A DNA stretch of 64,000 bases from Magallana gigas (Eukaryota). Where the stretch lies: positions 46,314,001 to 46,378,000 of the forward strand of contig NC_088855.1 in the NCBI RefSeq assembly GCF_963853765.1, read 5' to 3'. Under the pieces are notes generated by a model. It searched no databases and had not been told where the DNA came from. It saw only the letters and a program-made list of their open reading frames with translations. The stretch's first letter is position 1. The number at the start of each line of letters is the position of its first letter. Positions 22,562 to 36,010 of the stretch are shown in pieces. The translations under genes and the position numbers were made by a program.

Positions 22562-23735
22562 AGGAAGTGAACATGAAAAAAATATCAAGGGCTCAAATTT
22601 GTCTGTTTGATGTGTATAATGATCTGAAAACCGTTTAGACAGAGCTTTCCTCAGTAAAAAGATATACCACTTAGAATAACTAATTCTTGCAATCCATGAG
22701 CGCTGCCATATTGTTAAAATCATTACCTCCCTGCTGGGTTATCTCTAAGCATCTAAGAGAGGGCAGCACTGATGCTGCCGTCAGTGAGACACATTGCATT
22801 TTTACACACGTTTAGTAACAGAGATAAAATGCCATCATCAAAATGTGAATGGAAACTTGAAAGGAACGTATAAAAGAGTTGTCATTTTAAACAGTGTTTA
22901 TGGAGGAAGATTTTGGATCACAGAATGATGCATTCCCACCAGCAGTTAATGTGACATGTAACTAGAATGGAATGTCCGTGGATCAGTGTTATTGTGACCT
23001 ATTTTTTCTTGCACTCGGGAATTTCTTGTTTATGAGTTTGAACATTATGTGTGCTACATAAATGAGCACACAAGGTGCATTGCACAGCATCCTGACTTTT
23101 AAAAAGTGTCTTAGTCCTGTTATTCTTCTGACAGCATAAACAGGACCGGCGTACATATCATCAAGATCTTATGTATAAAAAAACAAATCAGAAAAATTTC
23201 AAGGGCATGTAAATAAAAAGTAACGGTAAGAACCCCCAGAAAGAAAATGGAATTACAATTTTATATTAATTTAAATTGAAATCTAAAAACAGCATTTTAT
23301 TTGTGTAAACACTGACTGCCACATGCATCTCTGTACACACATCTGGAATGTGATGGTCTTATATTTCACAAATTAATTTATCTATATTCATTTTTTGTAC
23401 AAATCATAAATAGTTATCTGAGGTTCATTTATAGAAATGTACTAAATCCTTGTTCTTCACATCAAGGCATACTTTTATCATCTCTGTACATAAACACTGT
23501 ACTGGCCTAGTTCCAACATTGACCCAGTCACCAGCAGCAATGTGGCTTATCTACGTCAGAGATCAGATGCATGCTGGGGAATAATGGATTACCTCCATAA
23601 ACCTTTCACTGAGAGTGTTAAATTGATAAAATCTCTTGATAGAAATAAATATAAAGGTAACAGACCTCATTTTTAAGTTTCAAAAGGCTTTTAAAATTTA
23701 TTAAGCAACAATTATTTTTTTCATGTTCACTTCCT
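22562..23735. mobile_element. Non-autonomous TIR DNA transposon, Kolobok-like (AG...CT ends, TTAA on left)
   Basis: Perfect 23-bp TIRs aggaagtgaacatgaaaaaaata / tatttttttcatgttcacttcct; left end preceded by ttaa. No transposase ORF. Confidence 0.8.
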
Positions 23736-23737
23736 AT

Positions 23738-25301
23738 GACGTCGCGCACGGTGTTGGGGTTAAAATGTCCTTTCAGGGTGCGCGCACAGTATTTGAGTAT
23801 TTTTTAAAAACAAAAATTTGGACATATGTAATTTTATATACCGATCTGTTCGAATGTATACGGACCTCAACAAAACATGTAATAAAATGTAGGAATTTTT
23901 TTTTTATATTTCATAAATCGGTGTTAAAACCTGAAATTTTTTCTAGAAATGGCATGTAGATAGGTAACACTTTTTGGGTACATATCTCAAATAAACTACA
24001 TTATCTCGGTGAACTTTCATTTTGGGAGAGAAATTTTTGGTGGACTAATTATTTTGATAATGTAACAGATATACGTCATAACGTTTTTGACGTAATCAAT
24101 GCCAGGAATCGACGCCGGATCAAAGAATTCCCAGAATGGAGTTGTAGATGCGTAAAAAATCCTCGAAAATGGCCAGAGCAAGATGAGTTGATTGCCAAAA
24201 TATAAATTGTGATTCAGGAACTTGCAATGATTTATTGAAGTTTTTTTTTAAATATATGACTTTTTTAATAAAGAGAAATTGTTTCTGTGTAAAATTTTCG
24301 TAATATATATTTTATAATAATTTAATTTTCAATGATAAAAAAAAATTCGAGATGCTGGAGTTTATTCAAGACACGTGTCACAAGAGATACATTTCACAGT
24401 CGAACGTTATGCGTAGCATGGCAATCACAAGTATCATGCCCATTTTAAAAAATGGTGGCTATATTTCATAATAATAGAAATCATTTTAGAATGTGCATTT
24501 TCATAAGTTGTATAGCCATTAAAAAGAAGCAAACGTGTCCGCAAATTTTCTTAATAGAAACATTTTAGAATGTCAACATGAAATGTCACACTTTCATAAA
24601 AACACATTAAACTACATAAGCAATGAAAGAGAAAGTAACTTAGACACTTCTTTTAAAAAGTCGCGCAGAAAATTCACAAAAATGAATCGCAGTTAGAAAT
24701 GTGCTTTTTCTCCCAAACAATTTGATGCCAAATATACAAGCATTGCGAATAAAAATAATTGATTTTTAGGAAAAAAATGATGTCAACATTATATGTCACG
24801 GGTACGTAAAATGACGCAAAGACTTAAACGTGATGTGACGATGAACATGTATTTTGATTATTTCAACGGGATCTTTGACTGCTACACTACGAATTAACAT
24901 TAATGAAGAAAAAAGGAAACATAGAAGGGTAGAACAGACTCAGGAATGAAGGAGTTTTGTATATCATTTTTGAATCAAGAGCTATTCTTTATAATATATG
25001 ACTAATTTCAGAGGAAGTTCATTTAAGAATTTAGGAATAAGAATTGAAAGCTGTGAGCGAATCACATGCTTTTGAACATTGATATTTCTTACAAATATTT
25101 ATTTATATAACAGTTTTGAAATATAAAATCTCTTACATGTGGAAAAAAAATCAACTTAAAGGTCTTATTTTTTAATTTATTTGTATGTTGAGGTTAATGA
25201 AATGTATTATTAATTAAGTTATGATAATGATGAGTGAAAATGACGTTTTTGACGGGTTTTTTACGTTACCGAAATTAACACCAACACCGTGCGCGACGTC
25301 T
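23738..25301. mobile_element. Second non-autonomous TIR DNA transposon, Kolobok-like (CT+TTAA right end)
   Basis: Perfect 20-bp TIRs gacgtcgcgcacggtgttgg / ccaacaccgtgcgcgacgtc; right end followed by t and ttaa. Confidence 0.8.
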
Positions 25302-25354
25302 TTAAAGTTAATTGTGTTTTGTGCATGCATGCATTTTTTAAATCAGAAAATTAA

Positions 25355-25683
25355 TATCCTATAGGAAAATAATAATTCCCGTAGGAAAATTTCTCTTGAC
25401 CCATAGGAGAAATATTTTCCTACAGAAAATATTGAAAATCTATAAATTTTTCTATAGGAAAAAAGTATTACCAGCAGGAATTTGATTCATATACATGTAG
25501 GTAGTTTTCCTGTAGGAAATTAAGATTTCCTATCGGAAATTTGGAAAGTTTTGTTAAAATTCTATAGGAATAAAAATTCCTTTAGGAAGTTATTTTACTC
25601 CGTCATGAAGTTCCAAATATCCTTTAAGAAAATTGTTATTCCTATGGGAAAAATTATTTTCCTGTAGGAATTTTTTTTTACAG
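25355..25683. repeat. Array of short palindromes TTCCT(A/G)TAGGAA
   Basis: Roughly a dozen variants of cctataggaaa/cctgtaggaa within ~330 bp, ending ggaattttttttacagg. Probably a CCTGTAAAAA-type MITE. Confidence 0.7.
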
Positions 25684-27776
25684 GTACGTAAATACCTCAC
25701 CTAACAGGTGAGATAAATTAATGACAAAGGTGGTTATAAACTACTTGAGCAATGGTCTATCAAATGGGATATTTTAATTTTTCGATACATGGAGCTTAGA
25801 CGAATGCAAAAATGCTACCTAGATTATGCACAGTGTTGTTTATGGAATTCGGGATATAATTTTATTTTATTATGATGCTTCACAACAAAAGCATTGTTTG
25901 ATAGGGTGTACTAGGACTTAAACGTTTTGGTAATGTAAATACAATAAAAAATAATGTTTTTATTTATCAATTCGTATGTAATATGAAGGTAATTAGTAAC
26001 AAATCTCGGGAGTTTTGTATATTTTGACAAATGAAATATAGAATGCCTACATGCAGTCTCTCCAAAAACGGCATTAAACAAGCACTTGAACTCCTTTTTA
26101 AAATGATGTTAAATTGAATATAGCTGGTTTAGTTTATTTTAAGATAATATAAACGGAAAAATAAGTTTGTTAGATATTTCCTTTATATTTCATAGAAAAG
26201 AACAGTTTAAAATATGATTTATATACATAACAATATCAAACAAAGCTATTGTTATGAAGCATCATTTAATTTATAACTTGAATTTCATAGAACTCTAGGC
26301 AGCTTTCATTTACTAGATCTTTATTTTAATCCACACGGCGAAAACCATGGACAAGGAAGACGTTTGGAATAAAGACATTTTGCAAGTAAACAAAGACTTG
26401 GTTTGCGAATATGAATATATACGTATATTATCTAGGGGTGGATTTGTGTGATGTTTCCATGCCAGCATTAAATAAGATACAAGACAAAAATAGCATTACA
26501 TTAAAAATATTAAAAACACTGCGTAAGATGTCTTTATTTTAATTTTGGTCTGAAGATGTTCAATTCTTCCAATAATAAAGCCGGGATCGATATTCTGATC
26601 CCCATGTAAACATGCGAAACTGAAAGTAAACCAAGCAAGGCAAGTGGTGCCGTGAGTGTCACAAGACCGTGAAGACCGCAAATTCGCAGAAAGGAGGTAA
26701 TCTTGTTTTTACTATCAAACTTACAGTCTTGAACACGTGTAAACCGCCTTTGTGAGTATTGTTTATATTTACTGGTGTAGAAGACGCGTTGATTTACTTT
26801 TAAGTAACGACTACTTCATCATAGCTGCGCACTCGACAAGCGTGTTTTTATTTGCAGTGCAGTATACATTTGTATTTCCGACCTTGAGCTGGCTGTGTGG
26901 TCTCGTGACAATATTTGTGTCATGAGTCAAGATTACAATAGACAATTACTTCCATAATTATCAATGAATGACCATTATATATAGTAAATGCAGGAAATAC
27001 TTTATTAAGTTAAAAGAAATGACTGATTACAAAATGTACTTGCCAACGAGGCACCCATTGGTGTACCCAATGTAAGTATATGAGTTTTAAAAAGCTTTAG
27101 GATACGTTTAGAATTCATTGTTAAATGATTACTGTTTAAGAAGAATATGCGATCGAAAGCCGAATAATTCAGGACGGACAAAAAGTGCATGCCATATCTC
27201 CAGCTCAAAAGGGGGGGGGGGGGGGGGGGGGCTTAAAACACTGGAACAGGGATTAATTATAAATAACAGTATTTCAACCTAAAGGTTAGATAACTCAGTC
27301 AGCCGTTGGTTCTGTTGAATGGACTGCATTTAAGTGTTTGATTTAATTAAGTTTGAAAAGTACGTTACTTTTATCTCGAAGTGGAAATGCAAATGTTCAA
27401 GGAAATTTTTGGCGAAGAAAGTGGCCGCGAAATAATTTGAATATCATGTTTGTTTTTTGTTGCAAAAGGCTGGTACACTATAATCCATTCTTCGTTTACA
27501 CGTTATCTGGCATTAAACTTCAAAGCGTAGTGTTCTATGTATACAAGGAAGAGGACACTATAGTAAGGAGGATGTAATACATATTTTAAGAATAAGATCG
27601 TCAAGGAAATGAAGAAACAAAGATATTGGTTTAGTTCCAAAACAGGTGCTATTTCTTCCTCAAGCCTCAAATGTGACACAATAATCTGATAAAGATCGTT
27701 ATTCTATTTCACCCTTAACCTACATGTTCATTGTCTAGTGAAATCAGAGTCGTTAACGAGGAGTTAATACCTGACC

Positions 27777-27930
27777 CACAGGGGCATCACATCCTCTCTA
27801 CTCTCTATAACAGATATATATATATATATATATAGATATAGATACACACACACACACACACACACACACCATGTATATATTTATATATATATGTCATCTA
27901 AAGAGTAGAGCGGATACGATGGCCCCTGTG
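27777..27930. repeat. Inverted repeat enclosing a (TA)n(CA)n microsatellite
   Basis: cacaggggcatcacatcctctctactct and agagtagagcggatacgatggcccctgtg flank TA and CA runs. Confidence 0.7.
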
Positions 27931-28336
27931 CCTGACTCGTCTCTGAGGCCTATATACATGTATTTGACTGTATGTATAGAACCAACTTACAGCTAGATGG
28001 TGAGACTTGCCGTATTTATGGCCATGGTTGGTGAATGCTCATTTAGGAAAATATGGGTAAAAACTCCCACTCAACCTAACCTGCTGGACCCTTTCTGCAT
28101 ATTGTCAAACCATCGCAATATTTTGGTTTCCAAGTCCGTTTTGTCATCGTATCTTGTGACTCAAGAAAGGCTTTCTCTTATAGTCTTATCTTCTTTTATT
28201 ATAGCACCAATAAACTTTCAGGTCATGCTTTATATAATCTGATAGAGCTGTAAATATATATATATATATATATGTGTGTACTTCCAGGCCATGGTGGAGC
28301 CTAGGCGGCGGAGCTGATGGTGGGTTTGTGCACGCC

Positions 28337-29927
28337 ATGTCCAGAAAACAGACGCCCCGGGAGCCCGTGCTACTGGACGCAGCCGAGGCTTCCGAGGATG
28401 AATCCAGTCCGCTGTGTGCTGAATACTACCGAGTGAGTCCACCATAGCTCCTAAACCAACCAGTGGCCATTCCTTTGTTTGCACATTGTATTCCTGTCAA
28501 ATTTCTGATTTAAAACAGATTAGCTGGTTTTACATTTTAAAATTAAGGACTTCTTCAACTGTTCATTGTCCATTTAGGGTAACATTTTCAAGATATTTGC
28601 AGCTTCACCCAAGCGTTAAAACTTGCAAAATAATTCTTTTCTTATTGACAGGGTCTTTCTTACGCTCCTAACGTTGCATACATAAGGAACCCTCCAAAAG
28701 ACTTCCGAATGGGAGCTATTCTGAGTGCAATATTTTGTTTTTTTCCTCTTGGATTGCTTGCTATATATTATTCATTTAAAGTAAGCATGTTTTTATCACA
28801 TATATCACTGCATATAAATTAAGGTGGAATAACACACCTGGAAAAAGTAACTCAAATTAACAATAAATTATTTTTATTTATTATGAAAGAAATAATAATA
28901 AATAAACTGTACACATGTCAAATAAGGGAACAATTTGCAGTTTGGGGATAAAAAATGAATTTTAAAAAAATTCAATTCAGTAAGTAACAACAAAAGCCCC
29001 CGCGGGATTCGAACTCGGGATATACGGATCACAACCCCGACACTTTATCCACTCGGCTATGGAGTATGTTATATATTCCTGCCGATAAAATCCTTTCAGT
29101 AAAACGGTATGTCGTTTCGATCAGAGGTCATCAATGTTGTGATGACGTGTATTCCACCTTAACTAAATTATTATACTTCAATATAATTATTTTACATAAC
29201 TCGACATCTGATTGGTTGTTATACAGAAGACAATCACGTGCCAGGGCAATAAAACTTCATATTTCCCTGTCATCGTAATATTCTTCATCAGATTTCACCC
29301 CCTCGAATTTTCATTCCATGCTTATAAAATATCCCGAGGAAGTTCGAGCATACGATGCAATTAAATGATTAATTCTATTAAAAAATCGTTTTAAATCCTT
29401 TTTATTTCAGAAACTGTTATAAAAAGAAGCCGGTAAACATTAAAGTTCTACGTTATTGCTTTACTAGAATTGAAAAACGATTAGAAAATGATGTATTCTA
29501 AATTATCACCTGTCGTTCGGTAAAATATATAATTTATTGCATGATTGTGAGGGAAATATGAAGATTTATTCCCCCAGAAAAATCACATTTCCCGCGGGCG
29601 TTGCCCTCGGGAAATATGATTTTTCATGAGGGAATAAATCTTCATATTTTCCTCACAATCATGCAATAAATATATCATATACAACTTCTTTTGAAGAATA
29701 TTACGGAATTTAAATGAATTATGGTCAATGTTTTCCTATTTCAATGCTTCACAATAGCAGTTTCGGTTTTGTAGACGGAGAAGCTTTTCCGGAATGGGAA
29801 CCTTTCGGGTTCCATCACAGCGTCCGAGAGAACCCGACTACTCATCAACTTGACCCTCTTGATGGGCTCCCTGCTCTGGTTTGGAGGTGTGATCGGGGCC
29901 GTATTATTTGCCAATAGGCTTCATTGA
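28337..29927 (+). CDS. Two-coding-exon 82-aa single-pass (tail-anchored-like) membrane microprotein
   Basis: Exon 28337-28432 (gccATG; MSRKQTPREPVLLDAAEASEDESSPLCAEYYR; donor gtgagt) joins exon 29775-29927 (acceptor ggttttgtag; TEKLFRNGNLSGSITASERTRLLINLTLLMGSLLWFGGVIGAVLFANRLH*). Phase 0-0; both are GC-rich islands; AATAAA at 30350-30355. Confidence 0.65.
28823..29158. mobile_element. TTAA-flanked TIR element (Kolobok-like) carrying a tRNA-derived segment
   Basis: ttaa|ggtggaataacac ... gtgtattccacc|ttaa. Internal minus-strand tagccgagtgg (A box), gttcgaatc (B box) and tttt at ~28992-29060. Confidence 0.8.
29532..29672. mobile_element. Palindromic hairpin MITE-like element
   Basis: atttattgcatgattgtgagggaaatatgaagatttattccc and ggaataaatcttcatattttcctcacaatcatgcaataaat are inverted arms around the GC core cccgcgggcgttgccctcggg. 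Confidence 0.8.
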
Positions 29928-30387
29928 TCAATCACCTTTCCTGAATCAGTGACTGATTTCTCAGCATTAGGTCAATCTAATCTACACGGCATTCTTGCAA
30001 AATTTATAGTTGTAAATGTTGATCTGAATAGCAAAATCTAAAGCCGTGACTTTTAAACAAAGATCTGTATTCATTTTGTTTGGCAGGAAATCCAGATCCA
30101 TTCTGTTTCTTTAAAAACCTTTATTGATATATGGTATATGTTGGAAAGAATTACATATTTCAAGAAATTTGAATCTCAAAACAGCAGTCATTAGTCATCA
30201 TAAACATGCATTTTTGTTACGACCACATTTTAGGCGACATATTAAAGCCCTTATTCTTTGTAGTTTGTTGCTTATTGTTTGTTGTATGCTTCTGTCATAT
30301 ATTAATAGTGTATATGTTTTATTAAGTTATTATTTGATATAAACTTTGTAATAAAAGATTCATAATTTCTGTATGAGATTTTTATTG

Positions 30388-33300
30388 TTACATTATTATG
30401 AGAATCAGAGAAGTATGAGGTGTTTTAGCATAGCCTCCGAAAGTGGCGCGCTGGATCTTGCTGATGTCATGGGCAGAGGGAGAACTGCGATAGTCCAATA
30501 TATAGGTACTACCAACTGTTATACTTCATGCTTACTCTTTTATCGATCACCGGAAACTCATATTCGTGAAAAGTCGCTTTAACAGCTTGAATATCTTCTA
30601 CAATTCTCTCCGTAGGAGCATTACATCAAAAATAATTCAATTTATAACTTTTTTTCTCTATTTTATTACAGATTGAACAAATTTAAGATTTCAAATAGTA
30701 TGAATTAAAGGCTTATCCTCAATCTAATAATGTAAGCAAAGAAACATTTTTGTTACCAAAATGAGAAATAATTTAACTTTTACAATTTGAATTTTTCACG
30801 CTATGGTTTATTACAATCCTCTATCAGTACTCTCAGTGCTTTGATTTGTAACTGCTTTCGGAGTTCAGCATCAATCGCATTTGAACTTACGGCACAGAAT
30901 CAATAATAGCGAATGTCTCTAAGTCATCCAGCACCGTGTATGGCGTATCATTGCAGCTTACAATTTTCTGGGATTGTATCCTACAAATACATGAAGTTGT
31001 GACTGATTTTGTGAAGTGCACAACATCTCTTGCATCCGTTTTAAACAATTAACAAAAAGATTTCATAACTTAGAAGCTGATGTCAAGATCAACAAACAAT
31101 GAGGTATCTTTCCGACCTTTGAAGTTACCGTCTTGATCTTTTTCAAATCCCCCAGATTGCAGTATCCTGGTGTTGGCAACAAATCGTCTGGAACAGATGA
31201 AAATACAGTCTTTGAATTTAAAATTTTGGATAGAGCACAATTACATACCTTTACATACAATTTTATAAATACACAATTACATACCATTCAACACTGCATG
31301 TGTGTCATATCCAGTGCAGTATAGGGCCATTGGTTGACACATACAAGTACTAGCTCGGTCAGCTCTAGCTCACTAGTCTCCATCCAATGTTGTCTGCACA
31401 GAGTGAACGTATCTCAATGGACTACAGCACACTGCTACATCAGAATAAGGCTGCTGAAAAGGGGAAAATAATAAATTCAAATATTTGACACGCTTTAAAT
31501 GATGACTAGAGTTCAAGTTAGACATCAGTAACCATTTTTAAATCTGACACCACTAGAGCTTTGATCCGCTTCGACAATTTTATGTCACCACACAAAGATA
31601 CGTTGTTTTTCCATATTGGGATTCTTGGAACATTAGTTTATATCAAGCTATCAAAGGTCCCGAATATAAAATTAATATTTTAATCTTCATCTAATTATTA
31701 TGTAACAAGCACCCGTGTAAGACCTAAGTGAATCAAAGAAATGTTTGAAAAGTATTCGTGGGTAAAAAAGAATTTTGCAAAATCTAAATTTGGTACAGTT
31801 CAATATACACGGGTAATGCTTCGATTAATTTCCCCTATTGTGCTATGAAGTAACATTGGTTCACATACACTACATGTATTATGCTTGAAAAATAATTTGC
31901 AACTAATGTTGGGCAAAAACAACTATGGATCGTTTAGAAGTTTAGAAGCCAATGCAATAATTTAGAGCGTTAAAAAAATATCAAACAAATCTTTCAAACC
32001 TATCAGAAAACGATTGAATGATGCAATTTTTTTTTTAATCAGTAGTCACAATAAGGGAGATAATTAGGTCCCTTGTTTAATGTCTTTTGTGATGGCACGA
32101 CTGACACCAAATATTTCTGACACTATAAATTCTTACACTTATTTTAGCCTCTAAAACTGAGTACAATTCATAAACTGACACGACTAAAAACAACACTATC
32201 CACATACAGTCATACGGATTTCTTCAACTATTAAAAACTGCTTGAAAATACATTATAAGCTAAATTAAATACTAAAACTTCATAAAACGAATAACGTTTA
32301 TTGATGCCTTTTTGTATTTATGAAATCGACTTCGCGTATATTTTTTTAATAATAAAAACACAAGCTACATTGAACGCACGGACTTCCAAGTAGTTGTAGT
32401 AACAACGGGAACGTTCAAAATGAAAAAAATTAGTCGTTCCTTCTGTGTAACGTGCTGATCGACAGCAATAACAATTTACGCATTTATTCTCACTTTCATG
32501 AATTATTGATTCGGAGAAAAAAAGAATTGATACATACTATCATTAATGATATCGTATTACTCCAAGATCTTTTAAATGGTCATTGTTGATCATCGTACTG
32601 TCTCTCGTAATTAATACTAGACTGAAATATTCAATAATTCTTCAACCTTTTTTTTTTTATCAATTTTTAGTTTTAAATGAAAAAAACCTGGTGAATTGCA
32701 TAGTGGATGAATTTTAACTCAATCTTATTTACTACAATCTACCTTTAATTTTAGATGAATGGAATTTTAAAATTACGTTAAAATCTGTTCCGTCATTTTT
32801 GTTTAATTTGCAGATAAATAATTTTTTTTTTTACATGAAACAAGCCAGGTTTGCATCGTCACATTAAACATTTAAAAGCTTCTCTTTTTGACACATATTA
32901 CTAGTATCCATTCTTATGACTCCCTCCTCCCCGAGTTTATATGATGATTTTATTACTTACTGGCAGAAACTACGGTCTATATACGATCTATGTCGTTTGT
33001 TATTAATGTACTTATTTAAAATCGCGACGTTGGTTATTTTCATTCGGTAAAATTAAGTTATTCGGGAAGTACAGCATACTCTGAGCAATAATTTTAGACG
33101 ATCCAATGTCGTTCAACAAGTCATAAACACACAATAACGACGTATACCTACCTATCAATATAAATGAAATATCTAGATAATATACATGTATATAAAAGAC
33201 GTTAGGCTGCAAAAGAACTTGAAACCCAAATTCGTGAGTTATCTAGCAATGCAACGCAGTGGGGTTTTTTTTACAGTATCGAATAACACTCAACTTCGAA

Positions 33301-33936
33301 TAAAATTGTAAAAACCATAAGGTAGGGTACATTTATCCGTTGTTCACAAAATTGCATTTCAGAGACACTTGACCAAAAGTCCGATTTTTCCACATATTTT
33401 TAAAATATACTTTAACATAGTTTATAATCTAATTTTTAAAAATTTAAAAATCTCAATAGGACGTTCAACATCAAACAAACCGCAAAAAAGGATTTTTCTT
33501 CAGATTTTTAAAAAATTTGTATACGTCATCGAAATTCAACCGAACGCCCTTTTGTACATCATTTGGCATTCTCTTAATTTCTCTGAGCTAAAGGCTCGAC
33601 TCTTAAATATTTTTTGTACATATGCGATTTTAATCAAATGAATATTGCACGCGGCATCAACGCTTTAGTCTCGTTTATGATGTATACATAGTGTTACAAT
33701 TCGTTTAGACGACAAACACGCAAACCCGTTTTACAGAACAAGAGACATCGAACATACTTTTTCTTGAGGAAAACGAATTCGACGACTAGCTTTATAACTT
33801 ACCTCAAGGTGGTCCGACTTGAACACGTCAGTCCTTTGCACACGATACACAGCTTAGATGAGGTTTCAACAGATTCTTTTATTTCTTTTTGGCGTAATAC
33901 ATCATTATGTTCGGTGTCCACAGATTTTGATTTCAT
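30388..33936 (-). CDS. Speculative 5-exon gene of unknown function (~168 aa), or a spliced lncRNA/pseudogene
   Basis: Exons 33803-33936, 33080-33147, 31070-31187, 30891-30980 and 30388-30484 can be joined in frame with GT-AG introns (two gtaagt donors, one weak gttatg donor). AATAAA immediately follows the stop (30381-30386). No recognisable domain. Confidence 0.25.
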
Positions 33937-34989
33937 TTTATCTTAAATTTTGACGTCTAATTTAAAAGATCCCCGAAATATTTTTAAACCTTCATTTATA
34001 GTTTCAACGATTTCTTTTTACATATTTCATTACGCAAAATTTCAGGAAACCTCGAGTTTCACTGTTTTAAAGTGCTCCCAATCCTTATTCATATTTTTAA
34101 AATCGTTATTTATTTGATCTATTTATATATAGGAATTTTTTTTTTAATTCTTCATTTAAATTTTTTTTATTTTTTATAAAACTTTTATTCACACAATGAT
34201 CAAATAAATTTCTTGATAAAAAAGACGACTTTTTAAAGTTTCGAATGAGCGATTTCTTTATTCACCGACAAGGTCCGGTGCAAAAATATCATGGATGATG
34301 TCAAACTTTCTATGCTTGAAAAATATTATTTAAAATTTAATGAAATTCATTATACATCAGACTTTGCTATTACTTACATAAGACTTACACAAAATGTAAT
34401 GTTAATGTGACCCTTTGTGACATCCCGTACTTTCTTGCCATTATTATGTTCGAGTCAATTATTTATGGTGGTGGTCGCACTTTGTCATTTATTCTGACCT
34501 CTCTTCATTTTTCAGATGATGCCATGCAGATAAAGTATGAATACTTTTACTTTTAACCCATAGGTACATGTATTTACGGAATAAACTCTTATTTACGATC
34601 GGGTTAGGCTGTGTTCCAGTAAATGAAGGTGGACAAAAGTTTTCGAGCAGATCATACTGATCAAATCCATCCTACACAGCAATTAACACTAATCGAGTTC
34701 TACGTGCGTTAAGTTCTACGTGCGTTACTTTTTATCCACTGGTTTTAAAGTCTCTCGCATTGATGATCGGGTCAACAACACTACGCTTGTGCTTCTATTT
34801 ACCGAATGGACCCAAATGAACAATGGACGCAATGATGATGGAAAAATTAAAACTTAATCGACTAATTTTCAGAACTAATAGAATTTTTTTCCAAACCAAT
34901 CAAACGGCAATTGTAGGGGACAAGTTTGGTTATGCAATACTCTCAGGATGCTTGTTTTAATAGGGACCAAAATCAGACGTGGTGGTAAA

Positions 34990-35061
34990 TCTTATCGGAC
35001 ATCTTACTATTTGTTTCGTTGAGTATCTTGTCGGACATCTTACTATTTGTTTCGTTGAGTA
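34990..35061. repeat. Local 36-bp tandem duplication
   Basis: tctt(a/g)tcggacatcttactatttgtttcgttgagta occurs twice. Confidence 0.9.
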
Positions 35062-36010
35062 ATAAGCTGCCATACGAGCAAAGTCACCACCAGTTTGTGA
35101 TGTAGTGTTTTATAAAACGAAAATATGGCACATTCTTCTCAAGTCTTTGTACAAAAACATCACGTTATTAATCTGAAGTGGGAATTGTGTTATGCATTGA
35201 ATGATATTCTCCGCGTAAAACATTCCGTTAGCTTTGTAATAATTGTTGATTTCAATGTGTAAACAAAATACCTGTTTTGATGTTATTGACTATCGCTCTT
35301 ATCGAAGTACGTGCCAGTCAGATTTGCTCTGTATCTAATTTAGCGACGCTCTTTAAAAAAAACCCCACAACTTTGTTAACAAACACATACTGCTGAACTT
35401 GAAATCACGTCTCTTGGTCGATAAACAGCGGCATCTTTCTTCACAAAACAACTATAAATTTAAAAGGCACATTTAGTTACTCTAACTTCTCTCTCGCATA
35501 AACCCGAAATTCACGAAAACCAACATTCCAAAAATTATGTCATTGTTATGTACGAGTTGATCTACGGGATCGCTTTATCTTATTTCATGTCTTTAATCCG
35601 CTGTTAAATGGTTTAAACATGAGAATCATTAGTTTGAATGAATGCATTACAATGACAGTGTACTATTATTTTTACTTTTTGTATCTAGCGTTTTGTTGAT
35701 TCGGTATTCATCGTAAATTAGCGTATTTCTTTAAAGTCTGAATCCCAATCTCCGTGCAGCAATTTCAGAATAAGAAAGTGCAACTAAAGATTACATTGAT
35801 AAAAAAAAATTCTGATTTATTGTCAATCCCTTTTTTTTAATCTGCACACATAATGAACATGATGAAATGGTCATCTAATAAATGTTTTTAGCACAAACTT
35901 TAAATGGGTTAAAAATGTCTTCATGGATGGGTACATAAATATACCACAACCACTGATACTTTATTAAAACATGATAAATGAATAATGGAAATTATAGCTC
36001 TGGCGGAACT

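Noticed and set aside
27211-27231. G21 run (and C/G runs near 5037, 22324, 39828, 51947) as functional G-quadruplexes
   Set aside because: Homopolymer runs are common in such genomes and prone to length error; nothing else supports a function.
28305-28432. Cys-rich frame GLCTPCPENRRPGSPCYW...RCV as a secreted protein or selenoprotein
   Set aside because: Preceded by an in-frame TAG and ends in phase 2, which does not join the hydrophobic terminal exon. The TGA-containing frame has no selenoprotein motif or evident SECIS.
28992-29063. tRNA-His(GTG) gene on the minus strand
   Set aside because: T-stem (ccgag/cccgc) and acceptor stem do not pair properly, and the sequence lies within a TIR element; treated as tRNA-derived.
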